Part shown: one piece after another, positions 52,457 to 62,663 of the stretch
Layout: each line of letters begins with the position of its first letter
How positions within the stretch are numbered: position 1 is the first letter of the stretch
Assembly (NCBI GenBank): GCA_963737905.1
Contig: CAVTUQ010000002.1
Coordinates: 608,001-672,000 of the forward strand
Direction of reading: 5' to 3'
Origin: an uncultured delta proteobacterium
GTDB taxonomy: Bacteria; Desulfobacterota; Binatia; UBA9968
Length of the DNA stretch: 64,000 bases
Program-made: the position numbers and the translations under genes
Notes under the pieces: generated by a model
Seen by the model: only the letters and a program-made list of their open reading frames with translations
Told to the model about the DNA's origin: nothing
Databases searched by the model: none

Positions 52457-52882
52457 ATGGAGAACCAAAAGAAATATCGTCTGACACCTCGGCAATCTGA
52501 GCTCGCTGTAAGGGTTTCGGGTAACTCTCAAGCCGATCTGTTCGCCAACTCCGCTTTCGCGCTTTTCGACGTCATGACTGATGTCGACAAGGTTGATATT
52601 AAGGATCGTATCCCTCTGGAGGTAGAGGGGGCGGATCGGGACGACCTCATGGTCAATTGGATGCGCGAGCTACTATATCTCTATCAGGGAAGCGGTTATG
52701 TGCTGAAGGAATTTCATATCCGCGAGACAAAAGATACGCTGGTGAAGGCGGAAGTATGCGGCGAGAAAATCGATCCCGATCGGCATGAGATTAATAAAGA
52801 AATTCTGGGCGTCGCTTACCACCAAAGCCGAATGCAAAAGACCGGTGAGCAGTGGACCGCACAACTGATCTTTGAAATCTGA
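52457..52882 (+). CDS. Divergent archease paralogue
   Basis: Archease length and fold pattern (LFANSAFALF, LMVNWMRELLY, GEKIDPDRH), but the conserved H-x-x-D, K-A-V-T and terminal D residues are substituted. Confidence 0.85.
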   Translation: MENQKKYRLTPRQSELAVRVSGNSQADLFANSAFALFDVMTDVDKVDIKDRIPLEVEGADRDDLMVNWMRELLYLYQGSGYVLKEFHIRETKDTLVKAEVCGEKIDPDRHEINKEILGVAYHQSRMQKTGEQWTAQLIFEI

Positions 52883-52888
52883 AAACTC

Positions 52889-54292
52889 ATGACCCAGCTC
52901 ACGGACACAGAATACGAGGGAACCGCGCTGATCGCTGACCCCATCCACCGTTACATTCAATTCACCGTCCCGCAAAAGAAATCCGAAGTCACTGAGAAAG
53001 CACTCATCGACTCCCCCTGGGTGCAGCGGTTGCGCTACATTTATCAACTTCAGAGCGCCCGGTGGGTCTATCCTTCTGCCGAACATAGCCGGTTTCAGCA
53101 CTCTCTGGGTGCCATGCACATGGCGGGAGAATTTGCCAAACATCTCTATCCTTCCCTAAAAAAAGTGCTTGGCAATGAGTGTCCTTCGGCTCCCTTTATT
53201 GAAGAATATATGCGGGTTACGGGGCTTCTGCACGACGTGGGACACGGACCCTTCGGCCATTTTTTTGATGACAATTTCCTCTCTACATACGACTTAACCC
53301 ACGAGGATCTAGGACAGATCATCATTCAAAACCATCTGAGTGAGATTATTAGTCAACTACGACGCAGTCCCAGTGGACCCTTCGATCCAGGCGAGGAGCT
53401 GCGTCCTGAGGATATTGCGTTTCCAATTAAGAAAGATGGCAAGGAAGACCATCGCAAGCCGAAATGGGTAAGATTTCTGGAACCTCTCACAAGCGGCATC
53501 TTTACCTTCGACAATATGGACTATGTATCGCGCGACTCCTATATGTGCGGGGTCGCAGCGGGCCCGGTAGATCGTGCACGACTGATCTACTACACGTTTT
53601 TCTCGCCGAAAGGCCTCACCTTGCACAAGGCAGGCAATAGCGCACTGACGATGTTTCTAAACACTCGCCTCTATCTTTACACTAACGTCTATTATCACCG
53701 CACAACACGGGCCATCGATCTACATCTAAGAGAGATTTTTCCCGAAACCATGCGTGTCCTCTTCCCGGGCAACCCTGCGGAGCATATGGACGAGTATCTT
53801 TATCTGACGGACTGGTCATTACTCGAGGAAGTTTCCCGCTGGCGTCGAAACAACGGCGAGCTCGCGGCATTAGCCAAGGAATGGGAAACCGTCCTCCACC
53901 GTGAGGTCAAGTGGAAGATGGCGTACGATCGGACCCTGTCCCTCAACGAGCTTCGTTACGGAGTGGCTTTGATCCAAGACACCGACTGGGAAAAGCGAAT
54001 TCGCTCAGCGCTGCCGGCGGTTGCGCGAGATCTAGTGTTCCGGGTAGACATGGCGACCCAAGATCCACGACCGGAAAATCCGTTCGCCATGGGAAAGAAA
54101 CAAATTCACATCTTCGATCCTTCCACCGGTGAGATCACCAAAGAGTCCTTGGCGGAGCTTTTCGAGTTTATTCCATCCAAAGTGGTCCAATTTAGAGTTT
54201 TCGCGCTGGACCATGAACAGGATCAGCTATTATCCGAGGTCGCTGAAAGCACACTGAAGGGACAGTCCCCATCCGTAAAAACCAGCGTTTAG
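52889..54292 (+). CDS. HD-domain phosphohydrolase (SAMHD1/dNTP triphosphohydrolase-like)
   Basis: DPIHRYI, HSRFQHSLG, LLHDVGHGPFGH, DNMDYVSRDSY, VYYHRT. Confidence 0.9.
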   Translation: MTQLTDTEYEGTALIADPIHRYIQFTVPQKKSEVTEKALIDSPWVQRLRYIYQLQSARWVYPSAEHSRFQHSLGAMHMAGEFAKHLYPSLKKVLGNECPSAPFIEEYMRVTGLLHDVGHGPFGHFFDDNFLSTYDLTHEDLGQIIIQNHLSEIISQLRRSPSGPFDPGEELRPEDIAFPIKKDGKEDHRKPKWVRFLEPLTSGIFTFDNMDYVSRDSYMCGVAAGPVDRARLIYYTFFSPKGLTLHKAGNSALTMFLNTRLYLYTNVYYHRTTRAIDLHLREIFPETMRVLFPGNPAEHMDEYLYLTDWSLLEEVSRWRRNNGELAALAKEWETVLHREVKWKMAYDRTLSLNELRYGVALIQDTDWEKRIRSALPAVARDLVFRVDMATQDPRPENPFAMGKKQIHIFDPSTGEITKESLAELFEFIPSKVVQFRVFALDHEQDQLLSEVAESTLKGQSPSVKTSV

Positions 54293-54433
54293 CGGCAGGA
54301 TCGTATGCTCGACAAAGTGTACAGCGAGTTACCAGGGTCGATTAACGCCTCTGTACCTCATCGAGCCACCGCCGAGCACACATCCATGTGCTGGGCTGCC
54401 ATTCACAACTGCCCGGAGTCCTCCTGATCATTG

Positions 54434-55609
54434 ATGCGTCTAGATCTTCTCATCTTCGGGGGAGGGGCTGCGGGACTATGGTGTTTAGATCGCTTTCGCC
54501 GAGCAGGCTATCTTGCCATCCTCCTCGAAGCGGCGGCTCTCGGCCGGGGACAGACGATTCAGGCACAGGGGATCATCCACGGGGGAGGAAAATACGCGCT
54601 TCGCGGCGTGCGTGATTTTACAGCCGTGCGGGTTACGAGGGAAATGCCGGAGCGATGGCTGCGCAGTCTAGCGGGAGACATCAAACCAGATCTGCGCGGC
54701 ACCCAGGTTCTTTCAGACCAATGTCACCTTTGGCTGCCACGAGGGTCAATAGCAGCACGGGCATTGTCTTGGGGATTCATGTCGCTTCTTGCACAAGGGG
54801 GGCTCCTGTCAACGCCGCCCAAACAGCTTCCGGATTCGATGTGGCCGGAGGCGCTCCGAGGTTCGGCCTTTGCTGTCTATGCGATGGCGGAACCGGTTGT
54901 TGCAACGGGTTCACTCCTTCACACGCTGGCGCGCCCTTACCGCAAGTGGATTTTATCCTACGATGTCTCTACCCTTGATTTCGCTGGCGAACAAGTGCAG
55001 ATCGCTGACGCGCTTTTCCAACCGCGCTCGATCGTGTTCGCGGCAGGCGAAGGCAACGCCGAACTTATGCTAAGGGCCGGAATCCACGGCGACCTCATGC
55101 AGCGCCGGCCGCTTAAAATGGTACTCCTCAGGGGCACGGCCCTGCCCGTGCTGTTTGGCCATTGCATCATGCGTGGAAAAACGCAGCTTACAATCACTAC
55201 GCCCACCCAGGGTATCTGGCAAGTCGGGGGCGAGATTGCGGAACAACTGGCGCACCAGGAAAACTTGGAAGAAGCGCGACAAGCCGCCATGCGTGAGGTC
55301 CGGCGTTGCCTTCCCGGGCTGGATTTCTCGAGTGTCGAGATCGCCATTTACCCGGCTACTCGGGCAGAGGCAAGAACTGCAGAACAAAAGCGCCCGAGTG
55401 GCGTCCACGTCTCGCGCGTCGCCCCCAGAATCGTTGTAGGCTGGCCCACTAAGCTCTCGATGGCGCCGATTCTGGCAGAGGAAATTTTTGCCTTGGTGAG
55501 CGCGGAACTCAAACAACCCGGCGATTACGAGGAGCCATCAGTACCATGGCCGACGCCCCCCGTCGCGCGGTATCCGTGGGAGGAGATTGAATGGTTTGCC
55601 GGTCGCTAG
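54434..55609 (+). CDS. FAD-dependent oxidoreductase
   Basis: LIFGGGAAG Rossmann motif, GQTIQAQGIIHGGGKY, QRRPL.MV, RAEA, WPTKL. Confidence 0.85.
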   Translation: MRLDLLIFGGGAAGLWCLDRFRRAGYLAILLEAAALGRGQTIQAQGIIHGGGKYALRGVRDFTAVRVTREMPERWLRSLAGDIKPDLRGTQVLSDQCHLWLPRGSIAARALSWGFMSLLAQGGLLSTPPKQLPDSMWPEALRGSAFAVYAMAEPVVATGSLLHTLARPYRKWILSYDVSTLDFAGEQVQIADALFQPRSIVFAAGEGNAELMLRAGIHGDLMQRRPLKMVLLRGTALPVLFGHCIMRGKTQLTITTPTQGIWQVGGEIAEQLAHQENLEEARQAAMREVRRCLPGLDFSSVEIAIYPATRAEARTAEQKRPSGVHVSRVAPRIVVGWPTKLSMAPILAEEIFALVSAELKQPGDYEEPSVPWPTPPVARYPWEEIEWFAGR

Positions 55610-56355
55610 GCCAAACGGGCTTGATTGTAAGTCGCATCGGGCTTGGAACGACCAAACTCGGGAGAAATACCGATGTGAAATACCCTAACGCTTTTGCGCT
55701 CCCGTCGGACAAACAGGTTGGTGAGCTGCTCGACAGTGCTTTAACATTGGGAGTGAATTTAATCGACACTGCGCCAGCCTATGGTGCGAGTGAGACGCGA
55801 TTGGGGGCCTTCGTCGGGGACCACCGTGACCGTTTCGTCCTTAGCACCAAATGCGGCGAACAATACGGCAACGGCCGCTCTATTTACGATTTTTCCGCGG
55901 GCGGCATCACAGCTTCGGTGGAGACGAGCCTCAGGCATCTCAACGTCGATCATGTCGACATCCTCTTATTGCACTCCGACGGGAGGGACATTGAAATCCT
56001 GACGCGAACCGATGCGCTGGAAGCCCTGATCCGTCTGAAACAAGATGGTAAAACAAGGGCCATCGGTATTTCCGCAAGGACTGAGGAGGGAATCCGCGAA
56101 GCCTGCCGAGGACTCGATGTGGTCATGGCTCCATTTAGCCAGAAAGATCCGGGCCTAGCAGAGGCCCTGCGACACGCGCACGAAATGGGGCTTGGCGTGC
56201 TGGCGATTAAAGGACTTTCCAGCGGCCATCTGGAAGCGCGCCCCGCCATTGAGTTTGTCCTCCACCATCAATTTATCGATGCGCTCATTTTGGGAACGAC
56301 AGATCCGGTACACCTCCACGAAGCGGTTTCAATAGCGGAACACACCGCCAGTTAA
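55591..56355 (+). CDS. Aldo/keto reductase
   Basis: GLGTTKLGRN..VKYP, IDTAPAYG.SE, STKCGE, LLHSDG. Confidence 0.92.
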   Translation: MVCRSLGQTGLIVSRIGLGTTKLGRNTDVKYPNAFALPSDKQVGELLDSALTLGVNLIDTAPAYGASETRLGAFVGDHRDRFVLSTKCGEQYGNGRSIYDFSAGGITASVETSLRHLNVDHVDILLLHSDGRDIEILTRTDALEALIRLKQDGKTRAIGISARTEEGIREACRGLDVVMAPFSQKDPGLAEALRHAHEMGLGVLAIKGLSSGHLEARPAIEFVLHHQFIDALILGTTDPVHLHEAVSIAEHTAS

Positions 56356-56419
56356 ACGGGACTCTCCCAACTTTGCGCCGACCCGCATCGGCGGAGGACT
56401 AACTAGGCCCGGGTGTTTC

Positions 56420-57669
56420 TCAGTCGGACTGGTTAACCGTGGTTTTTCGTTGGATTCCCGCGAACCAGTAAAAAGTAAGCCCAGTTAGAGCTATGGAGAC
56501 GAGTGAAGTGAGCGCCAACCCTGGAGCGGCGCCAAATATTGTCACGAACGCGCCCATCGCCATTGAACCCAAGGAGCGCATTCCCTGATCCATCAGAAAA
56601 ATGCTCATGACCCGCCCGAGCAACTCCCGGGGGGTTTCTATTTGTATAATCAACCGGCTGATCGTGCGAAAGATAATCTGAGCTCCACCCACGAGCCCGA
56701 GTAGAAAAACCGACAGCCATAGGTACGGCGACAGGCAAAACAAAATGAGCAGCAGCGGTGTCGCCTTTGCCGAAAACCAGAGTAGGCTCACTCGATCCCA
56801 GCGTTTCTCAAGGATCCCGAGAATAATCAGACAGAAGACGGCGCCGAGGCCCGGTGCCGCCATGAGCAGCCCCAAACCCTCCGGACCAACATTTAGAACA
56901 TCTTTGGCGAACACCGGCAAAAAACGTGTATAGGTTCCCACGAAGATACTGAGCACGTAAGCCGCAATGGTGCTGGCCAGGATAAGCGGGGTAGCACGAA
57001 TATAACGGAACCCTTCCTTAAACTCTTGGACCATATCTCCTTCCGAGTGATGTTGGCCTGTCTTATCTAAACGGATCCACAGCAATTCAATGCCGGATAA
57101 TAAGAGGGAAACACCATAGAAAAGAAAGGATCCTCCAACACCGATCCAAAGAATTAAGACTCCCCCAATGGAAGGACCGACGATGCGCGCAAAGTTGAAC
57201 CCGATGGAGTAGAGGGACACGGCGCTCAGCAACTCCGCTTCCGGGACCAAGTCGCGCAGCAGCGATTGGCCCGCCGTGGGGTTCATGCTGCGCACGATAG
57301 AGAGCAACGTTTCCAGCACCACGATGTGCCAGAACTGCAAGATTCCCGCAAAATAGAGCCCCACCAACCCGAATACGGGCAAACAACAAAGAAACTGAAT
57401 GCCGGTCAGTAGACGCAAGCGATCGTAGCGATCTACGATCACACCGCCGACGGCGCCCAAGAGTAGTCTCGGCGTGGCTTCGCAAAAGCCCAGAATACCC
57501 AGAGCCAGAGCCGAGCCCGTGATCTCATAGGCGAGCCAGTAGAGCGCTACTTCGCGCACGAACTGACCAATGGAAGCCATTAGATCGCTTGACCAAAACA
57601 GAGCGTAATTCCTGTACCGCAGCGAATGAAAGACGCGAATCGGCAGACTCCCAGAAGGAATTTGTTCAC
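56420..57669 (-). CDS. MFS transporter; probable 1-nt indel just after the GTG start
   Basis: About 12 TM segments, GGVIVDRYDR motif A. The conserved FHSLRYRNYALFW lies upstream of the ORF-track ATG (57580), while AAGGAGG-8 nt-GTG (57669) is one base out of frame. Confidence 0.85.
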
Positions 57670-57790
57670 GTGTAGATCCTCCTTATAACTTTTCCCCTTC
57701 TACGTGAAAAGGGATCATGCTTAGCCTTCTTAACCTTTACCTCTACTCCCGTTTCCGTTAGATTCAGTTCACCTACCGCTCGGCTATCCT

Positions 57791-58573
57791 ATGTTGATAA
57801 CGCTCACCACCGATTTTGGCTACGCGGACCCCTTTGTGGGGATCATGAAAGGCGTCATCTGTGGAATTAATCCGCAGGTTCGGATCGTGGACATTAGTCA
57901 TGGCATACCTGCACAGGACATCCTGGCCGCCGCTCTAGCTTTGCGGTATTCGACACGATACTTTCCACCGAGGACGATCCATGTCGTGGTGGTGGACCCC
58001 GGTGTGGGCAGTGCACGCCAGCCGTTGCTTCTAGAGTTCGAGGAAAACTATTTCATAGGGCCGGACAATGGAGTGTTGAGCCTTGCAATGGAAGGAAAGG
58101 GGCCTACACGGATCGTTCACCTATCGAATCCGAGTTATCATCTGCGGCCCACCAGCACGACCTTTCACGGACGAGATATTTTTGCCCCAACGGCTGCGTA
58201 TCTCTCCCGCGGCGTTGCGCCCGAGGCTTTGGGCGAACTGACAGACCACTTCGCGAGGCTGTCATGGCCCACGGTTGTCAAAACTGAGACGAGCATGACA
58301 GGCGAGATTGTGTACAGTGACGGTTTCGGTAATCTGATTACGAACATCGGCGCGGATGATCTAAAGGAGCTATCGGGACAACAACTTAGGATCACGCTTT
58401 GCGACCTCTCGATTCCCGGCCTGGCGGCAAATTACGCCGCAGTTGAGCGAAACAGGTATGTCGCGCTGATCAACAGTTGGGGATTATTGGAAATTGCGAT
58501 TTACAAGGACAGTGCCCAGAAATGTAGCGGCGCGATCATCGGCGACAAAGTTCAGATCACCTGGGTTCCGTAG
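57791..58573 (+). CDS. DUF62 SAM hydroxide adenosyltransferase (chlorinase/fluorinase family)
   Basis: [42 protein letters not shown]. Confidence 0.93.
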   Translation: MLITLTTDFGYADPFVGIMKGVICGINPQVRIVDISHGIPAQDILAAALALRYSTRYFPPRTIHVVVVDPGVGSARQPLLLEFEENYFIGPDNGVLSLAMEGKGPTRIVHLSNPSYHLRPTSTTFHGRDIFAPTAAYLSRGVAPEALGELTDHFARLSWPTVVKTETSMTGEIVYSDGFGNLITNIGADDLKELSGQQLRITLCDLSIPGLAANYAAVERNRYVALINSWGLLEIAIYKDSAQKCSGAIIGDKVQITWVP

Positions 58574-58598
58574 GAGGAACACCAACCGGAGGTCACTT

Positions 58599-59060
58599 AT
58601 GAGCGAACGGTTAAGCTGGGATCAATATTTCATGACCATAACGCAACAGGTCGCGGAACGTTCCACGTGTGCCCGCGCCAAGGTCGGGGCGGTTATCGTC
58701 CGGGATAAGAATATCCTCGCCACAGGCTACAACGGCGCACCGGCCGGTATGCCTCACTGTACAGACGTCGGTTGTCTCATCTATCAATCCAAAACTCCTA
58801 ACGGGGAGACCGAGGAGAACTGCTTCAGAACCATCCACGCCGAGATGAATGCCATTGCCCAAGCTGCAAAGAACGGCTCAAGTATAAAAGATGCGGCTAT
58901 CTATATTACCCATACCCCCTGCATTCACTGCCTCAAGGTGCTAGTCAACACCGGCATCAAGGACATTTACTACTTAAAACCTTACAAACTTCACACCTTG
59001 GACGAGTTGCTTCGCTATACCCAGGTCCATCTTTACGGAGTCGATCTCCCGGCTAAATAA
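58599..59060 (+). CDS. dCMP deaminase / ComEB-family Zn deaminase
   Basis: SWDQYFM, RSTC, TGYNG, HAEMNAI, PCIHC. Confidence 0.92.
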   Translation: MSERLSWDQYFMTITQQVAERSTCARAKVGAVIVRDKNILATGYNGAPAGMPHCTDVGCLIYQSKTPNGETEENCFRTIHAEMNAIAQAAKNGSSIKDAAIYITHTPCIHCLKVLVNTGIKDIYYLKPYKLHTLDELLRYTQVHLYGVDLPAK

Positions 59061-59089
59061 AAAGGGCGGGGTTCTTCTCCCCGCCCTTT
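59061..59089. terminator. Bidirectional terminator between the convergent deaminase and atpE genes
   Basis: AAAGGGCGGGG-loop-CCCCGCCCTTT. Confidence 0.85.
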
Positions 59090-59112
59090 CGGTTTACGTT
59101 GCAATCGCGAGA

Positions 59113-59442
59113 TCAGATCCTACCGGTTAAAATAATCGCGATAACGAAGCCATAAAGTGCTAAAGCTTCCAGCAGCGCGAGAGTTAGCACTAACGGCAAG
59201 AACAGCCTATCGGCGGCGTTCGGATTGCGGCCGATGCTTTCCATCGCGGCGGCGCCCACTCGCCCCTGGCCTAGGGCTGCGCCGAAGCCGGCGACGGCGA
59301 CGGCCAAACCGGCGGCAATGGCAATGGCAGCTTTGACCTGGGAATCGCCGCTCGCGGCAGCGCCTTCGGCAGCGGCTATTGCCGCGCCCGAACTAAAGAG
59401 GCTGACGCAAAGTCCGCCCAATAACACAGTTAATTTTCTCAC
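59113..59442 (-). CDS. atpE: ATP synthase F0 subunit c with N-terminal signal-like extension
   Basis: GAALGQG, GRNP loop, LEALALY (essential Glu). Confidence 0.95.
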   Translation of the reverse strand: MRKLTVLLGGLCVSLFSSGAAIAAAEGAAASGDSQVKAAIAIAAGLAVAVAGFGAALGQGRVGAAAMESIGRNPNAADRLFLPLVLTLALLEALALYGFVIAIILTGRI

Positions 59443-59511
59443 TCCTTCCTCCTTTCCAGCGAATCTGGCCTACCACTCCTCTGTCCTCATCCTCTCCGAG
59501 CGGCCTATCGC

Positions 59512-60303
59512 TTAATGACCTGGTTGATGTGATTCGTGTCCGTGTGCTTCATCATGTCCACTAACAGCCAAAGCGACGTAGATCATGCTCAAAACCATGA
59601 AGACAAACGCCTGTATTAGCGATACGAGAGTTCCCATAACGTAAAAGGCAACCGGTATGACAAGTTTCGTCAGCCCAGTGAAGGCACCAATGACTTCGTG
59701 GTCTCCCATTATATTGCCAAACAGACGCAAAGAGAGCGAAACCGGCCTAAATCCGTTGGAGAACAGCTCTATGATTAAGAAAAATATGACTGAGATCAGC
59801 AGGACCGGCAGGAATGCCAGCTTTGAGAGGAATCCCTTTCCCGGGAGATAGGTCATAGGCCCTATGAACTGCTTGAAATAGGCCATTCCCTGCTCGCGCA
59901 CTCCGATGAGGTTATAGCCAACGAAGGACACCAGCGCTAGGCCCAAAGTCGTGTTGAGGTTACCCGTGGGTGACCCGAATCCGGGTAGAAGCCCCATCAG
60001 ATTGCTAAAGAGGATGAAGAAAAAGAAACTCGCAAAGTACGGCACATACTTCCGCCCGCCCTTTCCGATGATAGCGTCACTTTGGCGTACGATTACATAC
60101 TCAAGCAACAATTCGACGATATTGCGTGCCCCTAGTTTTTCCTCGGGTACCGTGGGATCCTGGGCTCGCGCTAGCTGAGAGCGCGCACGTAAAGCAAAGA
60201 AAATAAGCAACACGGTTGCCAGGAGAGCGAAAAACGTGTGCTCTTGAAACGCTGCCTGCAACTCATGTGGCAGGAGATAGTACCAAGTGAATCCGTGCTC
60301 CAT
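59512..60303 (-). CDS. atpB: ATP synthase F0 subunit a
   Basis: SNLMGLLPG..SPT, RPVSLSLRLFGN, IQAFVF..LSMIY. Confidence 0.96.
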   Translation of the reverse strand: MEHGFTWYYLLPHELQAAFQEHTFFALLATVLLIFFALRARSQLARAQDPTVPEEKLGARNIVELLLEYVIVRQSDAIIGKGGRKYVPYFASFFFFILFSNLMGLLPGFGSPTGNLNTTLGLALVSFVGYNLIGVREQGMAYFKQFIGPMTYLPGKGFLSKLAFLPVLLISVIFFLIIELFSNGFRPVSLSLRLFGNIMGDHEVIGAFTGLTKLVIPVAFYVMGTLVSLIQAFVFMVLSMIYVALAVSGHDEAHGHESHQPGH

Positions 60304-60306
60304 CGC

Positions 60307-60684
60307 CTATATTCCCAAGCTGGGTCTGGTTCTTATGGCCTCCACAAGAATGGCCAAAAGCAAAGTCGAAAACCCCAAAGCAAAAGATATCGCATCCAAT
60401 TGGACCCGAAAGAAGAGCGTAGCCAACAAAGCTATAAAGATCGCGATCTTGACCACTAACAACCCGACACCGGCCTTGACTCTTCCTCGACTAGCCAAAG
60501 GCGTTAACACCCAGGCAACGCCATAACTCAAGAGAAGGAAGTTTATTCCCATGAACAGGCCGCCGATGAGTAATCCTTCCGGCTCGACGAACCTCCCGGG
60601 CGCGAGGGTTACCAGCAGTCCTAAAAGCATGGCAACATGCCATAACTCAATGCGGAGTATTGTCTTTTTCGAGGCGGTTTCCAT
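60307..60684 (-). CDS. atpI: ATP synthase protein I
   Basis: Four-TM small protein directly upstream of atpB. Confidence 0.75.
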   Translation of the reverse strand: METASKKTILRIELWHVAMLLGLLVTLAPGRFVEPEGLLIGGLFMGINFLLLSYGVAWVLTPLASRGRVKAGVGLLVVKIAIFIALLATLFFRVQLDAISFALGFSTLLLAILVEAIRTRPSLGI

Positions 60685-60940
60685 CGGGTTTCCTGGCAAA
60701 GTACTTAAACCAGTGCACCAATCTCACAAAGGCTCCAGCGAAAGCGATTGCGCTAAGCGCGATCAAGAACCAAGGAGACGTACCTAAATAATTGTCCAAC
60801 AGGTATCCTACGAACAAGCCCCCCAGTATGGTTCCTGGAAGTTCGAGAGCAACGCCGAGATATAGAGTTGCTCGCCGTAGGAACGGAGTTTGGCTCTCTT
60901 GCTGGCGATCGGGGCGGCCCCCAACTTTCCCCACTGGCAT
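60647..60940 (-). CDS. atpZ: AtpZ/AtpI-family small membrane protein
   Basis: GLFVGYLLDNYLGTSPWF motif. Confidence 0.8.
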   Translation of the reverse strand: MPVGKVGGRPDRQQESQTPFLRRATLYLGVALELPGTILGGLFVGYLLDNYLGTSPWFLIALSAIAFAGAFVRLVHWFKYFARKPDGNRLEKDNTPH

Positions 60941-60968
60941 AATTTCCTATCATGAAGGTCTGGGGGGG

Positions 60969-62261
60969 TCAACTTTGGCTTTCTTCCGCCGCCCATTCAT
61001 CAAAGGCCGCGATGGTCTTACGTAAGTCCGCTGCAGTATGAGCAAATGACAGGAAGGCTGCCTCAAAGGGCGCTGGAGGCATGTAAATCCCCCGTTTCAA
61101 CATGCCGTGAAAAAATCTTGCGAATTGTTCCCGGTCACACTTTCTCGCTTCGGCAGCATTCCGAACCGTACCGACACCAAAGAAAATCGTCATCATGGAC
61201 CCGATCCGGTTAATCGTGGCGCGCATCCGGTATTTTCTCAATACTTTTCCGAACCCCTCTTGCAATGTCTCCCCGCGGGTCTCCAAAGCCTTATAGATTC
61301 CCGGACGCGAAAGCAATGTCAACGTCGTTAACCCGGCGGCCACGGCAAGCGGGTTACCTGAGAGTGTCCCGGCCTGGTAAACGGGTCCCTCGGGAGCAAG
61401 TAGATCCATAATCTCTCGCCTGCCGCCAAAAGCGGCCAATGGAAGCCCTCCACCTAAAATTTTTCCCAAACAGGTTAGATCGGGTCGAATTCCATAACAC
61501 CCTTGAGCACCACCGAGAGCGATGCGGAAACCCGTAATCACTTCGTCAAATATTAACAGCGCGCCGTAACTGCGCGTTATCATTCTCAAGAACTTTAGAA
61601 ATCCCGGCGACGGAGGAATAACTCCCATGTTCCCACAAATCGGTTCGACAATCACCGCCGCGATATTCTTTGCTTGACTATTGAAGACTCTTTCCACCGA
61701 GTCAGGATCGTTAAATGTTGCGACCAGGGTTTCCCGGGCGAATCCTTTTGGGACGCCGGGACTATCAGGCAAGCCCAGTGTTGCGACTCCTGATCCGGCT
61801 TTGACTAAGAGCCCATCAACGTGGCCGTGGTAGCAGCCATCGAACTTAACGATCTTAGTCCGACCCGTATAGGCCCGCGCCAAGCGTATGGCGCTCATCG
61901 CCGCTTCTGTACCTGAACTCACCAATCGCATCTTTTGGATGGATGGAACAAGTCGACAGACAGTTTCCGCGAGTTTGACTTCCCTTTCCGTGGGCGCGCC
62001 GAGGGTCGTTCCTTTTTTCGCGACTTGTTCGAGGTGACGTAAGACGGTCTCGTTCGCATGCCCCAAAATCAACGGTCCCCACGATCCCACAAAATCGATG
62101 TACCGCTTGCCGTCAACGTCGGTAATATGTGAGCCTTTCCCCGAGCGGAGAAATTTCGGGCCGCCGCCCACAGCTTTCCACGCTCGTACCGGACTGTTGA
62201 CGCCGCCAGGAATTCTTTCCGCAGCACGTTCGTAAAGTTGCGTTGACCTGCTCGTCGCCAT
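60969..62261 (-). CDS. hemL: Glutamate-1-semialdehyde 2,1-aminomutase
   Basis: PGGVNSPVRA, SWGPLILGH, GCYHGH, FDEVITGFR, LGKILGGG, YQAGTLSGNP. Confidence 0.97.
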   Translation of the reverse strand: MATSRSTQLYERAAERIPGGVNSPVRAWKAVGGGPKFLRSGKGSHITDVDGKRYIDFVGSWGPLILGHANETVLRHLEQVAKKGTTLGAPTEREVKLAETVCRLVPSIQKMRLVSSGTEAAMSAIRLARAYTGRTKIVKFDGCYHGHVDGLLVKAGSGVATLGLPDSPGVPKGFARETLVATFNDPDSVERVFNSQAKNIAAVIVEPICGNMGVIPPSPGFLKFLRMITRSYGALLIFDEVITGFRIALGGAQGCYGIRPDLTCLGKILGGGLPLAAFGGRREIMDLLAPEGPVYQAGTLSGNPLAVAAGLTTLTLLSRPGIYKALETRGETLQEGFGKVLRKYRMRATINRIGSMMTIFFGVGTVRNAAEARKCDREQFARFFHGMLKRGIYMPPAPFEAAFLSFAHTAADLRKTIAAFDEWAAEESQS

Positions 62262-62572
62262 GAGTGAAGTTCTCGTAACATCAGGGTTGCAGACTGTCAA
62301 GGTAACTGAAAACAACAAAGAAAAATTTTTATTCAACTTTTTTCTTGCAAACAAATCTGAAAAGGATTATGAAAATTTCTTCTGGAATCTCGTGCGATAA
62401 ATTTTTGTTGCGCTCGCACTCAAGCCGATGTTCCAAAAATTTTCTACGGTACTTGTTCATAGAAGAACTGCGGAAAGTCGCTTTTAGCAAACCAAAACTA
62501 TTGGCGCACAATTTTGTTGATATCTGTGTTGCTTACACGCGGTAAACGATGAATTTGACGCGTATTTTTGAG

Positions 62573-62592
62573 TTATCCACAGCTGTGGATAA
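62573..62592. promoter_or_regulatory. Pair of perfect, oppositely oriented DnaA boxes in an AT-rich intergenic region (oriC part or dnaA autoregulation)
   Basis: TTATCCACA-gc-TGTGGATAA about 70 bp upstream of dnaA. Confidence 0.9.
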
Positions 62593-62663
62593 TATTGTTC
62601 GTAAGTCTTTGGGAGAGGGTTTCTCCAGCAACGTTTTAATCAGTTAAGAAATTGGTGTTGATC

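Noticed and set aside
57791-58573. True fluorinase or chlorinase
   Set aside because: Length, retained DUF62-type motifs and housekeeping context fit the common SAM hydrolase; no halometabolite cluster is nearby.
59113-59442. Na+-translocating ATP synthase
   Set aside because: Subunit c has E-A-L rather than the E-S/T-(T) Na+ signature, consistent with H+ coupling. Separation of F0 genes from the F1 genes is common in this group.
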